A DNA stretch of 64,000 nt from a bacterium (GTDB lineage: Bacteria; UBA8248; JACPRG01; G963555815): assembly GCA_965261595.1 (NCBI GenBank), contig CBDHDG010000005.1:512001-576000 (forward strand), in the 5' to 3' direction. The notes below the pieces were generated by a model, which saw nothing but the letters and a program-made list of their open reading frames with translations, was not told where the DNA came from and made no database searches. Positions 46,510-56,943 of this stretch are shown here, piece by piece. The first letter of the stretch is position 1. Each line of letters starts with the position of its first letter. The position numbers were made by a program, and so were the translations under genes.

Positions 46510-46987
46510 TGCCCGGTGGCCTGTCTAGCGACCCTAAGCGGAGTCCACACAAGGGCAAAATGACGAAGACTCCAAACCTGGTGGTCAAGCCCGTTTACAC
46601 GCCGGCGCTGACATGGTTTTCCAATGGCGGATACCGCTCCGATCAGGGTTTCAGGCGCCCGAAATGGTGTTGACAGCCCCGGTAAAGAGGGCTCTAATTG
46701 AGTTAAAGAGCAACGGGTGGTCAATACAAGAGTTGTCTTGATTTAAACCGGGATTTCCCAGATGACCACTCTTAGCCATCCTGCGGTCCTCCTGTGTCAT
46801 CAAAGTACCCCATTTTACTACAGATTCAGGGTCTCTTTGCAGAACCCTCTGCTCAATCGAGGGGCAACGGCCGTCCTAAAGCCGCAATCCCTTGAAAACC
46901 CAGCTCTACCGGCACACTCAGGGGAGTTCGGCACAGACTGATCCCCCGTCTCCACCACGTCACTAAGCTTCCGGGCCATCTGCTCCG

Positions 46988-48336
46988 TCATCCGGTATCT
47001 GGTACGGGAGGCGGTAACCACAACCGTCGAATTCGTTCAAGGATTGCCCTGAACAGTTGACGCGGCACGGCCACCTCGGCCATCTGGAAGGTGGTGTGCC
47101 GGGCGTGGGTGACCACCTTGGCCCCAATCTTAATCAGCTTCTCGCGTAACGTCGTCAGCGACCAGTGCTTCACCGCTCTGGGCAACGCCAGCCGCCGCAG
47201 GAAGTTTGCCAGGTTGTACGCCAAGGCAAATAGTTGCAAGCGAACCTGGTTCTCTTCAAAGCCGTGGCAGGACAGGCGCGTCCAGTTCAGGGCGTACTTG
47301 CCCTCCTTGATCCACTGCTCCGCCGTCCCACGCTGGTTGTAGAACCTCACGACGTTCTCTTCCCGCCAGTGCAGGTTGGTCACGATGAAGCTGACTCTTG
47401 GAAACAACTCGCCCTGGTGCCACTCGACCGCCACCACCACCCGGCGAGGCTTCTCCCAACTAGCCGCCTGATAGGAGACGCTGTGGTAGAAGATAATGGG
47501 CCTTTTGGGCGGTCGGCCAACCGGCCGGGTCAGAAGGCATTCGATGTCCCTGTACAAGATGGCGTTGGCCGGAAGCCGAATCGCATAGGAGTAGCCCTCC
47601 GCCTCAAGGTATCGGTACACCTCCGGCTTGGCAAATGCCGCGTCGCCTCGAAAAAACCGACAGACCTTCGCATCCCGGTAGCGAGCTACCACCGGCTCCA
47701 ATACAGACCACCAGTCATCAGCGCTGTGGACCTTGCCGTTGCGCAACAGCGCCCGCTCCAGATCGCCAAACTGGTTGAAGCAAAACAGTGGGTGATAGCA
47801 GGTGCAGCCGAAGTGGCCGTTGTAGGAAGAGCCTTCCTGCTCACCGTGGGTCGGGCTGACCGAACTGTCCATGTCCAGGATCAGCTTGCGAATCGGCTTG
47901 CGTTTGCGGACACGATCCACCAACACACCGGGCAGACCGCTCAGCGCCTTGAGGGGTTAAGGGGCCGGGTGAGGGTCTGCGTCTCGAATCGGCTCATCTG
48001 GCTGGTGGAGGCAGCGGTGTGATACTTCGCTCGCCCCCCAACCACCTGACGCATGGCGGGATCGACACAGAGCCGCTCGGCATCATTGGTGTCTTTATAT
48101 CCTGCCAGGCGGCTGTAGACCGACTGGCGCACCAAAGCGGTGAGGCTGTGCCGGGTGTTCCCGCCCGTCCGTGAATCGGACAGAAACCCCTCGGCCGCCT
48201 TCGTCAGCCCCAACACCTCATCCAGTTCACGATAGGCAAGCAAACCGGCGTCACTCGTAACCTTTGCTCCGTGAAACTCCAGCATGAGCCGACCGTCGAA
48301 TTGGAGCCTCAACGGCCTCTTTTTCGCTTCACCCAT
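46988..48336 (-). pseudogene. IS1380-family transposase, frameshifted near 47950
   Basis: [14 protein letters not shown] (ORF 47941-48351) continues in ORF 46988-47926: LDMDSS, RGDAAF, RGTAEQWIKEGK. Confidence 0.92.
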
Positions 48337-48846
48337 CGGGTCCCCTCGCAAGATGATGGCAGGGAGAGGCCAACACCTTGATTTTACACGAGAAAACGGC
48401 CTTCGGGGCGTTAAAAATTATCATCCATATGGGAAATGCGGGCTTCTACACCCTGACAGAGGCCAAGGTGTTGGTGGAGAGATGGCGACAACTCTACAAC
48501 CGGGTAAGGCCCCATAGTGCCTTGGGCTACCGGCCCCCGGCGCCGGAGGCCATCGAACCAATGCCTCCGGGCATCCCTACACTTTCGGATATCGGGGAGA
48601 AGAGACTAACTCAAAAAGTGGTACAACTTTAGGGGGCGGGTCAGCGTAGATCCGTGTTACTTCCAGGGTGCCCATTTGCCAATGAAATTGGGCTAAAATC
48701 GCTCAATAATTATTACGCGAACTTTTGCAACTAAGCACTAGAGAACTCAATGAGATTCGACAACTCATAATATAGGTTCGAGGTGAGGGGATTCACCTCA
48801 CTTTATTCCGCTCAGGGGTTCTATTCAGATGGGGTGCAGAAGGCGG

Positions 48847-49611
48847 TCATTCGAAGATGTAGCTGAACCGCTCTGTCGTCCCCCGCTCCTCATGCCACGC
48901 GGGCGCTTTGATGGAATGCCCCGTTCCCTCCAGCTCGGTCAGGACGTAGAGCAGCGGCCCGACGGTGTGGTCGGGGTTCCAACACTGCTGGCCTACGAAG
49001 TAGGGTCTCGGCGAGTTTCTCTGGAAATTGGTGTACGCCAAGCCCGGACACAGGGCGTTCACGCGGATGCCGTTGCCTTTCTCCAAGGCGGACAGGCTCC
49101 AGGAGATCCCCTCGACCGCATACTTGGTTGTCGTGTAGGGAATGCTGCGGATGTGCGTGAAGCCGATGCGCGCCGTCGTGGAAGAGATGTTCACGATGTG
49201 GCCGGATTTGCGCTTGCGCATATGAGGGATGATCTCGCGCGTGCAGAGGAACACGCCGTTGACGTTGACGTCGTAAACCGCCTTCCAATCCTCGAACGCG
49301 ACTTCGGTGTAATCGCAGCTTGGCCCCGACACGCCCGCGTTGTTGACGAGGACATCGATTTGGCCGGTTTGCTCCAAGGTTCTGCCGACCATCTCTTTCA
49401 CTTGGGCCTCGTCCGTTACGTCCGTCCCGGCGGCGATGGCTGAGCCGCCCTCCGCTTCGATGTCCGAGACGACCCGCTCCGCCTCCCCGACGTCCCGGTC
49501 GGCCACGGTCACAAAGGCGCCCTCTTTCGCGACCGCCCGGCTCATGTTCTCGCCGAAACCCCTGCCGCCCCCGGTGATGATCACGGTTTGTCCGGCCAGA
49601 CTGCTTGCCAT
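48847..49611 (-). CDS. Short-chain dehydrogenase/reductase (SDR)
   Basis: TGGGRGFG, NNAG, YTTTK, IRVNALCPG. Confidence 0.92.
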   Translation of the reverse strand: MASSLAGQTVIITGGGRGFGENMSRAVAKEGAFVTVADRDVGEAERVVSDIEAEGGSAIAAGTDVTDEAQVKEMVGRTLEQTGQIDVLVNNAGVSGPSCDYTEVAFEDWKAVYDVNVNGVFLCTREIIPHMRKRKSGHIVNISSTTARIGFTHIRSIPYTTTKYAVEGISWSLSALEKGNGIRVNALCPGLAYTNFQRNSPRPYFVGQQCWNPDHTVGPLLYVLTELEGTGHSIKAPAWHEERGTTERFSYIFE

Positions 49612-49647
49612 CTGAATTCCTCCGTCCTTCGTGGGTTTCCGGGAGGG

Positions 49648-50901
49648 TCAGGTCGATTGCGCTCGGGTTTGAATCTCGCGATGGACCGTCAGCATCCGGT
49701 CCGTGTTCAGGGAGATCGGGAACCGCTCCGCCAGCCGCCGGGCCGATAGCCCCATGGTCCGGCGCAGGTCTTCATCGAACAACCGCTCCAGCCTCGCGGC
49801 CAAGCCGTCCGCGTCCGTCGGGTCCTCCAGGATGAGCCCGGTCTCCCCTTCGGTCAGGATTTCCGATGCGCTGCAGGGCTGGCTCAGTATACAGGGAATC
49901 CCGCTCGCCAGGGCCTCCAGGGCGGCGAAGCCGAAGGGCTCGTACAGGGACGGGAGGACGAAGACGTCCGAGGCCCGGTATGCGTCCGCGGTTTGCGTCT
50001 CCTCTCCGGGGAATACGACGATTTTCTCCACGCCCAGCCGCCGCGCCATGCGCGCTGCCGCGGGCCTTCGTCCCGGGGGAGCGATGATCAGAACCCGGAG
50101 CCGCCTCGGTCCGTTTTGGAGCTTGGCCGCCGCGCGCAGGAGGTGAACCAGGCCCTTTCGGAAAAAGCCAGATCCGACGAACAGGACGACGAAATCGCCG
50201 GGATCGAGGCCGAGCGCTTTTCGAATCTCATCCTTTCTTCCGGGGTTTTCGGCGGGGGAGAACTCCTCGAGGTCGACGCCGTTGTAAATGACGGTGATGT
50301 CATCCTCGCCGAGGGCGCACCCCTCGTAAGGGGCGCTTTCCTCGGGCGCGCCGTAATGCCGGAGAATGTCCTCGCGGACCTTCCTCGAAATGGCCACGAC
50401 CCGCGTGGAGACCTGTTTGGAGAATATCCGCCGCTCGGTCGAGAGATGAAACGCGTGAAGCGGGTCCAGGCGTCTGGCCATCCGCGAGGCGGGCGGCAGG
50501 TGGGCCGCGGCCACCCGAAGCCACTCCCGGTGACATCCTTCGCCGGCCCGGTAAATCCCCCGAACGGGCGCCCGGTCGAAGTTGTAGACGGCATCGAACC
50601 GCTCGCCCCTGAGGGGCCCGCCCCGGAGGAGCTCGCCCCGAAGGGCATTCTCCACGCCGCGGGCGAAGCTCCACGCCTTGAGGACCGACAGGCCGCCCAG
50701 CCGGCCGACGGGGCGCCGGATGATCGATCCGGGCAGCGCCTCCCAATGGCGGGCGAAGAGGTGGACCTCGTGGCCCCTCGCGGCCAGGTCCCGGGCGAAT
50801 TCCCACACGTAGCGCTCGACCCCGCCGCGGCGGTGGGCGGCGATCCGCACGAGGGCGATCCGCAGGGGCCGGTCATCGTTCATGAGGGGGGCGTCCTCCA
50901 T
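49648..50901 (-). CDS. GT4 glycosyltransferase (WaaG/RfaG-like LPS core)
   Basis: GGVERY, IYNGVD, FVGSGFFRKGL, PSLYEPFGFAALEALASG. Confidence 0.9.
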   Translation of the reverse strand: MEDAPLMNDDRPLRIALVRIAAHRRGGVERYVWEFARDLAARGHEVHLFARHWEALPGSIIRRPVGRLGGLSVLKAWSFARGVENALRGELLRGGPLRGERFDAVYNFDRAPVRGIYRAGEGCHREWLRVAAAHLPPASRMARRLDPLHAFHLSTERRIFSKQVSTRVVAISRKVREDILRHYGAPEESAPYEGCALGEDDITVIYNGVDLEEFSPAENPGRKDEIRKALGLDPGDFVVLFVGSGFFRKGLVHLLRAAAKLQNGPRRLRVLIIAPPGRRPAAARMARRLGVEKIVVFPGEETQTADAYRASDVFVLPSLYEPFGFAALEALASGIPCILSQPCSASEILTEGETGLILEDPTDADGLAARLERLFDEDLRRTMGLSARRLAERFPISLNTDRMLTVHREIQTRAQST

Positions 50902-50935
50902 CCGGAAGGGGCCGGGGGGGGAGGGGGGGGACCCG

Positions 50936-51943
50936 CTACCCCGACCCGCCGAGCATTTCCAGAAGGGTTTGCACCCGCCGCCGGTGGGTGTGATCCCGCA
51001 GGGCGCGCTCCATCGCCTTGCGGGACATCTCCGCCGTTTCGTCCGGGTGAGAGACGTGGTATTCGATGAGCCGCCGGAGGTCCGCCCGGTCGCGATAGGT
51101 GGCGATCTCCTCGCCGGGCGTGAAGAACTCGCCGATGTCCTCCTTGTGGTTGGTCAATTGGAACCCTCCGCTTCCGGCGATGCTGATCGAGCGGTCCTTC
51201 AGGCTGAAGACGCCGCCTCCCGGATGCTGCGGGTTCAGGTTGATCCTGGACGCCGCGTAGACCCGGACCTTGTCCTCATTGGGGAGGACGCCTTGGTAAC
51301 GCTCGCGAATCCAATCGCTCTTCACGTCTTTCCAGCGGCCCTTTCCCCAGATGCGGAGGTCCACCTTCGGCCCGACGATTCCGTCCATCAGGGCCACCCG
51401 GAAAGGGTAGGGCGATCCCACGAAGCTCACGTCGGCGCCGAACCGGCGGCGGTTCTCCTCGCTCAGGTCGGGCGGACGAAAGTACGCGGGGTCGTACCCG
51501 TGGGGCAGGTATCTTACGTGGTCGATCCCCTGTGCGCGCAGCTCCCGCTCGAAGTACCGGTCCTTCGTCAGGAAGAGCCGGTAGGCCTGGATCACTTCGA
51601 ACGGCAGGGGGGGATAGACGCCCGCCAGACCCCAGGGGTTGTCGTTGTAAAAGTTGACGGTGACGCAGGAGGTCTTCCGGTTTACGGTGTGAATGGTTTC
51701 GGCGGATACGTATCCCCCCCGGAAGACGAGGAGCAGGTCCGCCTTCCAATCGCGCACCCGCTCGACGAGGCGCTTGTTCATCCGGCGCACCCAGGCCTTC
51801 CGGAAGTTGGAGTAGGCGAAGCTCTTCTTCCGGTAGTAGAAAATCTCCGTCTCGTGGCCCAACTCGCATAAGGCCCGGTGATACCCGTATTGCTCGACGC
51901 CGGGGACGTTCGCGCGCTCGTTGGTGACGATGAGAATTCGCAT
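50936..51943 (-). CDS. CgeB-like glycosyltransferase
   Basis: YLPHGYDP, DVSFVGS, SRINLN, IAGSGGFQLT, RALRDHT. Confidence 0.85.
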   Translation of the reverse strand: MRILIVTNERANVPGVEQYGYHRALCELGHETEIFYYRKKSFAYSNFRKAWVRRMNKRLVERVRDWKADLLLVFRGGYVSAETIHTVNRKTSCVTVNFYNDNPWGLAGVYPPLPFEVIQAYRLFLTKDRYFERELRAQGIDHVRYLPHGYDPAYFRPPDLSEENRRRFGADVSFVGSPYPFRVALMDGIVGPKVDLRIWGKGRWKDVKSDWIRERYQGVLPNEDKVRVYAASRINLNPQHPGGGVFSLKDRSISIAGSGGFQLTNHKEDIGEFFTPGEEIATYRDRADLRRLIEYHVSHPDETAEMSRKAMERALRDHTHRRRVQTLLEMLGGSG

Positions 51944-51977
51944 GCATCCATTCCGTTGATGAAAGGTCCGTTCGGAT

Positions 51978-53804
51978 TCACCCCTTCTCGGCGTTTTCGG
52001 TCCCCGCCTTGCTGATCAGGAAGTCTCCCAGGATCAGATGAGGCAGCTCGGACCGCTCAAAGGTCTCAATCGCCTCGGAGGGTCCGCAGACGATTGGATC
52101 GCCGTGAAGGTTGAACGACGTGTTGAGGACGGCCCCCACGCCCGTCCGCTCCTCGAAGCATCGGATCAGCCGGTCGTACGCCGGGTTGTCCTCCTCACGC
52201 AGGATCTGGGGCCGGCCGGTGGCGTCGTAGGGATGAACGGCCGCCGCCAGGGCCTCCCGCCCCTCCGCGGTCGTGTCGAAGGCCAGCATCATGAAGGGTG
52301 ACGACAGGGCCCCGCCTTCCGGTGGCCGAAGGTAGCGAGCCGCGCCCCCGGCCCGGACGGTCGGGGCGAAGGGCATCCAGAAATCCCGGCTCTTGATCAT
52401 TTTGTTGATGCGGGCCACGACCCGGAAGTCGCGGGGATCGGCCAGGATGGACCGGTTCCCCAGGGCGCGCGCGCCGAACTCCATCCGCCCCGCCATCCGC
52501 GCGACGACCCCGTCCCGAACGATCAGCTCGGCCGCCCGGGCCTCCATGTCGGCGGGCCGGGAAACCTCGTGGCGGTCCGAGACCCCCGCCCGGCGGAGGG
52601 CCTCCTCGATCTCCCGGGAAGAAAACTCCGGTCCCAGGTAGAGGTGGTCCAGCGGGTGGAACCCGGCGGCCGGGCGTCCGCCCTCTGCCTCCCCCCCCCC
52701 CTTCCCGTAATGGGCCTGATAGGCCGCGCCGATCGCGTTGGACTCGTCGCCGCAGCTCGGCATGACGAAGAGCTCGCCGATCTCGGGAAGTCGCGCCAAG
52801 ACCTGGTTGGCCTTGACGTTCATGAAGATCCCCCCCGAAAGGGCCACCCGCCCCGGCGCCGCCCGGCCGTTTCCGCCCGTCCCGGCGGCCAGCCGCAGGC
52901 TCTCCCGCGTCCAGGCCTCGAGGAGGTTCTCCAGGTGGTCCTGGGCCGCGGCGGCCACCCAGTCGAAACGCATCCGGGCCAGCTTCATCATCATGTGGGC
53001 GAAGCGCCGCTTCCGGACCCGCCAGCGGAACCGGGCGCCCTCGCCGGTCCCCGCCGGGACGTATTCCAGCATCTCCCGGAAGATCCGTTGGACCTCTTCG
53101 CGTCCGTGGGCGGGCGCGTAAGGCGCCATGCCCATCACCTTGTGCTCGTGCTCCAATTGCCGCATCCCCAGGAAGACCGTCACCAGGGAGTAAAAACTGC
53201 CCAGGGACCCGTGGGCGCTCCGGCTCGCCGAGAGCCGCCGAATGCCTTCCCGGGTCGCGCGGCTCACCGAGGCGCACAGGCCGTCGCCCGCGTTGTCGTT
53301 GGTCAGGATGAAGGCGTCGCCCCCCGCGAAGGGGGAGGCGTAATAGGCCGCCGCCGCGTGGCAGCGGTGATGCTCGACGGGCTGGATGCTGGAAGCGGGA
53401 ACCCCGACGTGGGCGGCGACGCTTGAGATGCGCTCGTCCGGAGAGAGCGGGCGCTTGCGCCGCAGGGCCCGTCTCCTTCGGCCCGATGGGAAAAACGGGG
53501 GCGGTCTCCAATCCCCGGGCGAGCGGGGGACCTCGAAATAATCGTCGATGTACGACTCGTCCCGGGTGATTCGGTCGAACCATTCGGGGTCCATGGCCTC
53601 GCGCCCGGCCAGGGCCACGGCGTCCGGAGCGTCCGCGCCTTCGGGAAGAAACCCCAGACAGTACTCGACCGCCCGGCGGGGATAGCCCCCTTCGTTCTTC
53701 TTGCGGGTGAACCGCTCCTCGCTGACGCAGGCGACGACGCGGCCGTCGATGAGGAGGGCGGCGGTGGCGCAGTGCGAATCGGTTATCCCCAGGATGGCCG
53801 TCAT
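51978..53804 (-). CDS. NodU/CmcH-family O-carbamoyltransferase
   Basis: SEERFTRKK, EHHRCHAAAAYY, KVMGMAPY, MEFGARALGNRSILADP, PFAP, LNTSFNLHGDPIV. Confidence 0.95.
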   Translation of the reverse strand: MTAILGITDSHCATAALLIDGRVVACVSEERFTRKKNEGGYPRRAVEYCLGFLPEGADAPDAVALAGREAMDPEWFDRITRDESYIDDYFEVPRSPGDWRPPPFFPSGRRRRALRRKRPLSPDERISSVAAHVGVPASSIQPVEHHRCHAAAAYYASPFAGGDAFILTNDNAGDGLCASVSRATREGIRRLSASRSAHGSLGSFYSLVTVFLGMRQLEHEHKVMGMAPYAPAHGREEVQRIFREMLEYVPAGTGEGARFRWRVRKRRFAHMMMKLARMRFDWVAAAAQDHLENLLEAWTRESLRLAAGTGGNGRAAPGRVALSGGIFMNVKANQVLARLPEIGELFVMPSCGDESNAIGAAYQAHYGKGGGEAEGGRPAAGFHPLDHLYLGPEFSSREIEEALRRAGVSDRHEVSRPADMEARAAELIVRDGVVARMAGRMEFGARALGNRSILADPRDFRVVARINKMIKSRDFWMPFAPTVRAGGAARYLRPPEGGALSSPFMMLAFDTTAEGREALAAAVHPYDATGRPQILREEDNPAYDRLIRCFEERTGVGAVLNTSFNLHGDPIVCGPSEAIETFERSELPHLILGDFLISKAGTENAEKG

Positions 53805-55081
53805 CGGCCGTTCTCTCCCCCCCCCCCCTCACCGGCTCGCGCGGCGGGTGGATCGGCGCCTTCCATCCCCTCGGGCGGCGCCCCGCCGGCGGGTTCCGCG
53901 GGCAGGCCCAGGGCCCGCCGGTAGACGCCCACCATCCTCCCCGTCCAGGCGCCCCGGTCGTACTCCCGCTCGGCGCGGTCCCGGGCGCTCCGGCCCATGT
54001 CCCGCCGCCGCTCGGGATTGCGGACGAGCCGTTCCATGGCGTCGGCCAGAGCGGCCGGGTTCTCGGGGGGGACGATCAACCCTTCCGTCCCGTCGCGGAG
54101 GAGCTCTCGGACGCAGCCCACGTCCGTCGCCACGACGGGTTTTCCGAGCGCCATCCACTCCAGGACGGCCCGGCTTGTTCCCTCCGAGCTCCGGGCGGCG
54201 AACAGTCCGGCGTCGGCGGCCGACAGGGCGGTGGGGAGGTCGCTCCGGAATCCCAGCAGGTGGACGGCGTCTCCGATGCCCATCTCCGCGGCCCGCCGGG
54301 CCACCTTCTCCTGATCCCCCCCGGCGCAGGCCGGCAGGAGCCGGGCGGGCAGGCCCCGACGCCGGAGCCGGGCCAGCGCTTCCAGGGCCGTCATGTGCCC
54401 CTTGAGGCGGATAAAGCTCGAATTCATGCCGAAGACCACGTCGGAATCGGGGATGCCGAATTTCTCGCGGTCGGCCCGGCCGTTCAGGCCGGGGCGAAAA
54501 TCGCGCGCGTCGACGCCGCCCCGCAGGGTGATGATCCGTGCGGACCGGAACGCGCCCGAGCGCTCAAACCCCTCCCGGATTTTTTCGGTCGCCGCGACCA
54601 CCCGGTCCGTGGCCCGGTTATAGAGCCAGCGGTTGGCCGGATGCGTCCGGACGGGTTGGAGGATGTGCCGGGAGCGGATGAGCGCGGCGGGCGGCCGATT
54701 TCCTTCTTCCCCCCCCCCTCGCCCCCCCCCGCCGAGGCGCAAGGTCGCGGCCGCGAGCCAGTGGTCCTGGCCCCGGTGGGCGTGGAGGACCTGGATGTCG
54801 GCGGCGCCCATGAGGCGGCGGAGTCCCCGGATGTCCCTTCGCCAGACCGCCGGCCTGAGTCCCGATTGGAAGGACAAGAACTCGATCCTCCGGACACCGG
54901 CCTCGGCGGCCTTTTCGGCGACGCCTTCGCCCTCTTTCTCGCGGCACACGAGGATGACCTCATGGCCTCGCTCCTGCAACCCGAGGGTCAGGGAGACGGC
55001 TGCCCAGGCGTCGGAGCTCCAGCCGCGGCAGCTCATGAGCTGGAGGACGCGGAGCGGCCCTTCCCGCCGGCCTTCGGACAC
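53801..55081 (-). CDS. GT4 glycosyltransferase
   Basis: LHAHRGQDHW, LKGH, LGFRSDL, SEGTSRAVLEWMALGKPVVATDVG. Confidence 0.88.
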   Translation of the reverse strand: MSEGRREGPLRVLQLMSCRGWSSDAWAAVSLTLGLQERGHEVILVCREKEGEGVAEKAAEAGVRRIEFLSFQSGLRPAVWRRDIRGLRRLMGAADIQVLHAHRGQDHWLAAATLRLGGGGRGGGEEGNRPPAALIRSRHILQPVRTHPANRWLYNRATDRVVAATEKIREGFERSGAFRSARIITLRGGVDARDFRPGLNGRADREKFGIPDSDVVFGMNSSFIRLKGHMTALEALARLRRRGLPARLLPACAGGDQEKVARRAAEMGIGDAVHLLGFRSDLPTALSAADAGLFAARSSEGTSRAVLEWMALGKPVVATDVGCVRELLRDGTEGLIVPPENPAALADAMERLVRNPERRRDMGRSARDRAEREYDRGAWTGRMVGVYRRALGLPAEPAGGAPPEGMEGADPPAARAGEGGGGENGR

Positions 55082-55082
55082 C

Positions 55083-56849
55083 TTAATTCGTCCCGAGGGC
55101 GCCGGCGGGGGACGCTTCCCGGGCGGGTTTGAGAATCGGCGATTGGAGGTGGTGGAGCCGGGCGTAGAGGCCCTTCCGGGCGAGGAGGGTCTCGTGGGTT
55201 CCCTGCTCGATGAGCCGGCCCTCGTCCAGGACGAGGATCCGCTCGGCCCGGCGCACGCTGGAGAGCCGGTGTGCGACGATGAGGGTGGTGCGGTCCCGCA
55301 TGAGGACGTTGAAGGCCTCTTCGACCAACCGCTCGGATTCGGAGTCCAGGGCGGAAGTGGCCTCGTCCAGGATCAACAGGATCGGGTTCCGCAGGACCGC
55401 CCGGGCGATGGCCAGGCGCTGGCGCTCGCCGCCGGAGAGCTTCGCGCCGTCCTCGCCGATGAGGGTGTCGTACCCCTCGGGCAGATCGGAGATAAAACCG
55501 TGGGCGTTCGCCGCGCGCGCCGCCGCCTCGATTCGCTCGGGAGGGACGTCGGGCAGGTTGTACGCGATGTTGGCCGCAGCGGTGTCATTGAACAGGACGA
55601 TTTGCTGGGTCACGACGGCCATGTGCGCCCGCAGCGACGCCGGGTCGTATTCCGACGCGTCCTTTCCGTCCCAGAGGATACGTCCCGAGGTGGGCGCGTA
55701 CAGGCCGAGAACCAGGTCGAGGAGCGTCGTCTTGCCCGAGCCGGTCTGGCCGACGATCGCCGTCACCTCCCCCTTGAGGATCTCGATGTCCACGTCCTGA
55801 AGGACCGGTGCGTCCTCGTAGCGGAAAGAGACCCGCTCGAATTGGATGGAGCGTTGGAGCGCGGGCGCCGCCCGGCCCCCGCGCCGGGTCTTCAAGGCGG
55901 CGGATTCATCCATCAGGGCGAAGACCGCGTCGGCGGCCGCCATCCCCTCCTGGAGGGTGTGATACGTGCGGGACAGGCGCTTGAGGGGACCCATGATCAG
56001 TCCCAACGCCGCCAGGAAAGAGATGAACTCCCCGGGCGTCCGGACGCCGCTCAACACTTGGTGGCCGCCGGCCCACAGAATGAAGGCCGCCCCGCCGCCT
56101 CCCAGGATCTCGACGACCGGATGGCTGAGCGCCCGCACGCGCCGGGCCTTCATCGCCAGACCGAAAAATCGCCGGTTGCGCTTGGAAAAACGGGCGAGCT
56201 CGTGGTCCTCGGCGTTGTAGGCCTTGACGACGCGGGCCGCCTGGAAGGCCTCTTTCATGGCCGTGTTGATGTCGCCCATCTGCGTCTGCATCCGCCCCGT
56301 GATGCGCCGGATCTTGCCGCCCAGGCGGCCGATGATCAGACCCAACGGCGGAAGGACGACGACGAAGACGGCGGACAGATACGGGTCGCGGTAAAAGGCG
56401 AGACCCAACAGGAACAGCAGGCCGAAGGTGTGTTGTCCCAGGTCTCGCAGCCCCGACGCGGACGCCTTCTGCAACAGCGCGATGTCGTACGTGATCTTCG
56501 ACATCAGCTCGCCCGAGGTCTTCCGGACGAAGAACGAGAGCGGTATTTCGTGAAAGTGACGATACAAATGGTTGCGCACGTCCATCACCATCCGCTGGGA
56601 GAGCCAGAACATGAAGTAACTCTGGCCATAAGCGAAGATTCCCTTGACGATATATGTAAGGAGAATGACCGCAACGATGAGGTTCAGCATCCTGGCGTTC
56701 TTTGCGATGAACACGCCGTCGATCATATCCTTGGCGATATAGGCGGGAATGGCGGTGACCGCTCCGAGGACGACCATACAGATCCCGGACAGGACGCACC
56801 TCCGCCAGTACGGCTTGAGATAACCGAGGAGGCGAAGATAATTATTCAT
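55083..56849 (-). CDS. msbA: Lipid A-core flippase MsbA-like ABC transporter
   Basis: TMD plus NBD; GQTGSGKT, LSGGERQR, ILDEATSALD; inside the LPS cluster. Confidence 0.88.
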   Translation of the reverse strand: MNNYLRLLGYLKPYWRRCVLSGICMVVLGAVTAIPAYIAKDMIDGVFIAKNARMLNLIVAVILLTYIVKGIFAYGQSYFMFWLSQRMVMDVRNHLYRHFHEIPLSFFVRKTSGELMSKITYDIALLQKASASGLRDLGQHTFGLLFLLGLAFYRDPYLSAVFVVVLPPLGLIIGRLGGKIRRITGRMQTQMGDINTAMKEAFQAARVVKAYNAEDHELARFSKRNRRFFGLAMKARRVRALSHPVVEILGGGGAAFILWAGGHQVLSGVRTPGEFISFLAALGLIMGPLKRLSRTYHTLQEGMAAADAVFALMDESAALKTRRGGRAAPALQRSIQFERVSFRYEDAPVLQDVDIEILKGEVTAIVGQTGSGKTTLLDLVLGLYAPTSGRILWDGKDASEYDPASLRAHMAVVTQQIVLFNDTAAANIAYNLPDVPPERIEAAARAANAHGFISDLPEGYDTLIGEDGAKLSGGERQRLAIARAVLRNPILLILDEATSALDSESERLVEEAFNVLMRDRTTLIVAHRLSSVRRAERILVLDEGRLIEQGTHETLLARKGLYARLHHLQSPILKPAREASPAGALGTN

Positions 56850-56943
56850 CTTCGAAGGTCCGTTAACGGGACGCTTTTCAAACAGATATCCACAGTTCGA
56901 GTATAGGCAGGATGAGGCCGGTCGGCAACCGGGGTATTGCGTC

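Larger units (their letters stand above)
46138..48442. mobile_element. IS1380-family composite: internally deleted copy (+) and near-full copy (-) in inverted orientation
   Basis: Outer ends CCCAGATATCCCATATGGATCATAA / CCCGCATTTCCCATATGGATGATAA; 5-bp TSD CTTCT (46133-46137, 48443-48447); internal end CCGGGATTTCCCAGATG at 46748. Confidence 0.88.
45453..48632 (+). pseudogene. IS3-family OrfB interrupted by IS1380
   Basis: WSYDF, RSDNGAEF, ENGYVESF...LNGEIF, then after the insertion YTLTEAKVLVERWRQLYNRVRPHSALGY. Confidence 0.92.
45063..48643 (+). mobile_element. IS3-family element (IS407-like) interrupted by a nested IS1380 composite; no target duplication
   Basis: TIRs TGACCTGCCCCC...CC / TGACCCGCCCCC...CC; orfA, slippery G_GGA_AAC at 45417-45423, orfB split at 46137/48443. 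Confidence 0.92.
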
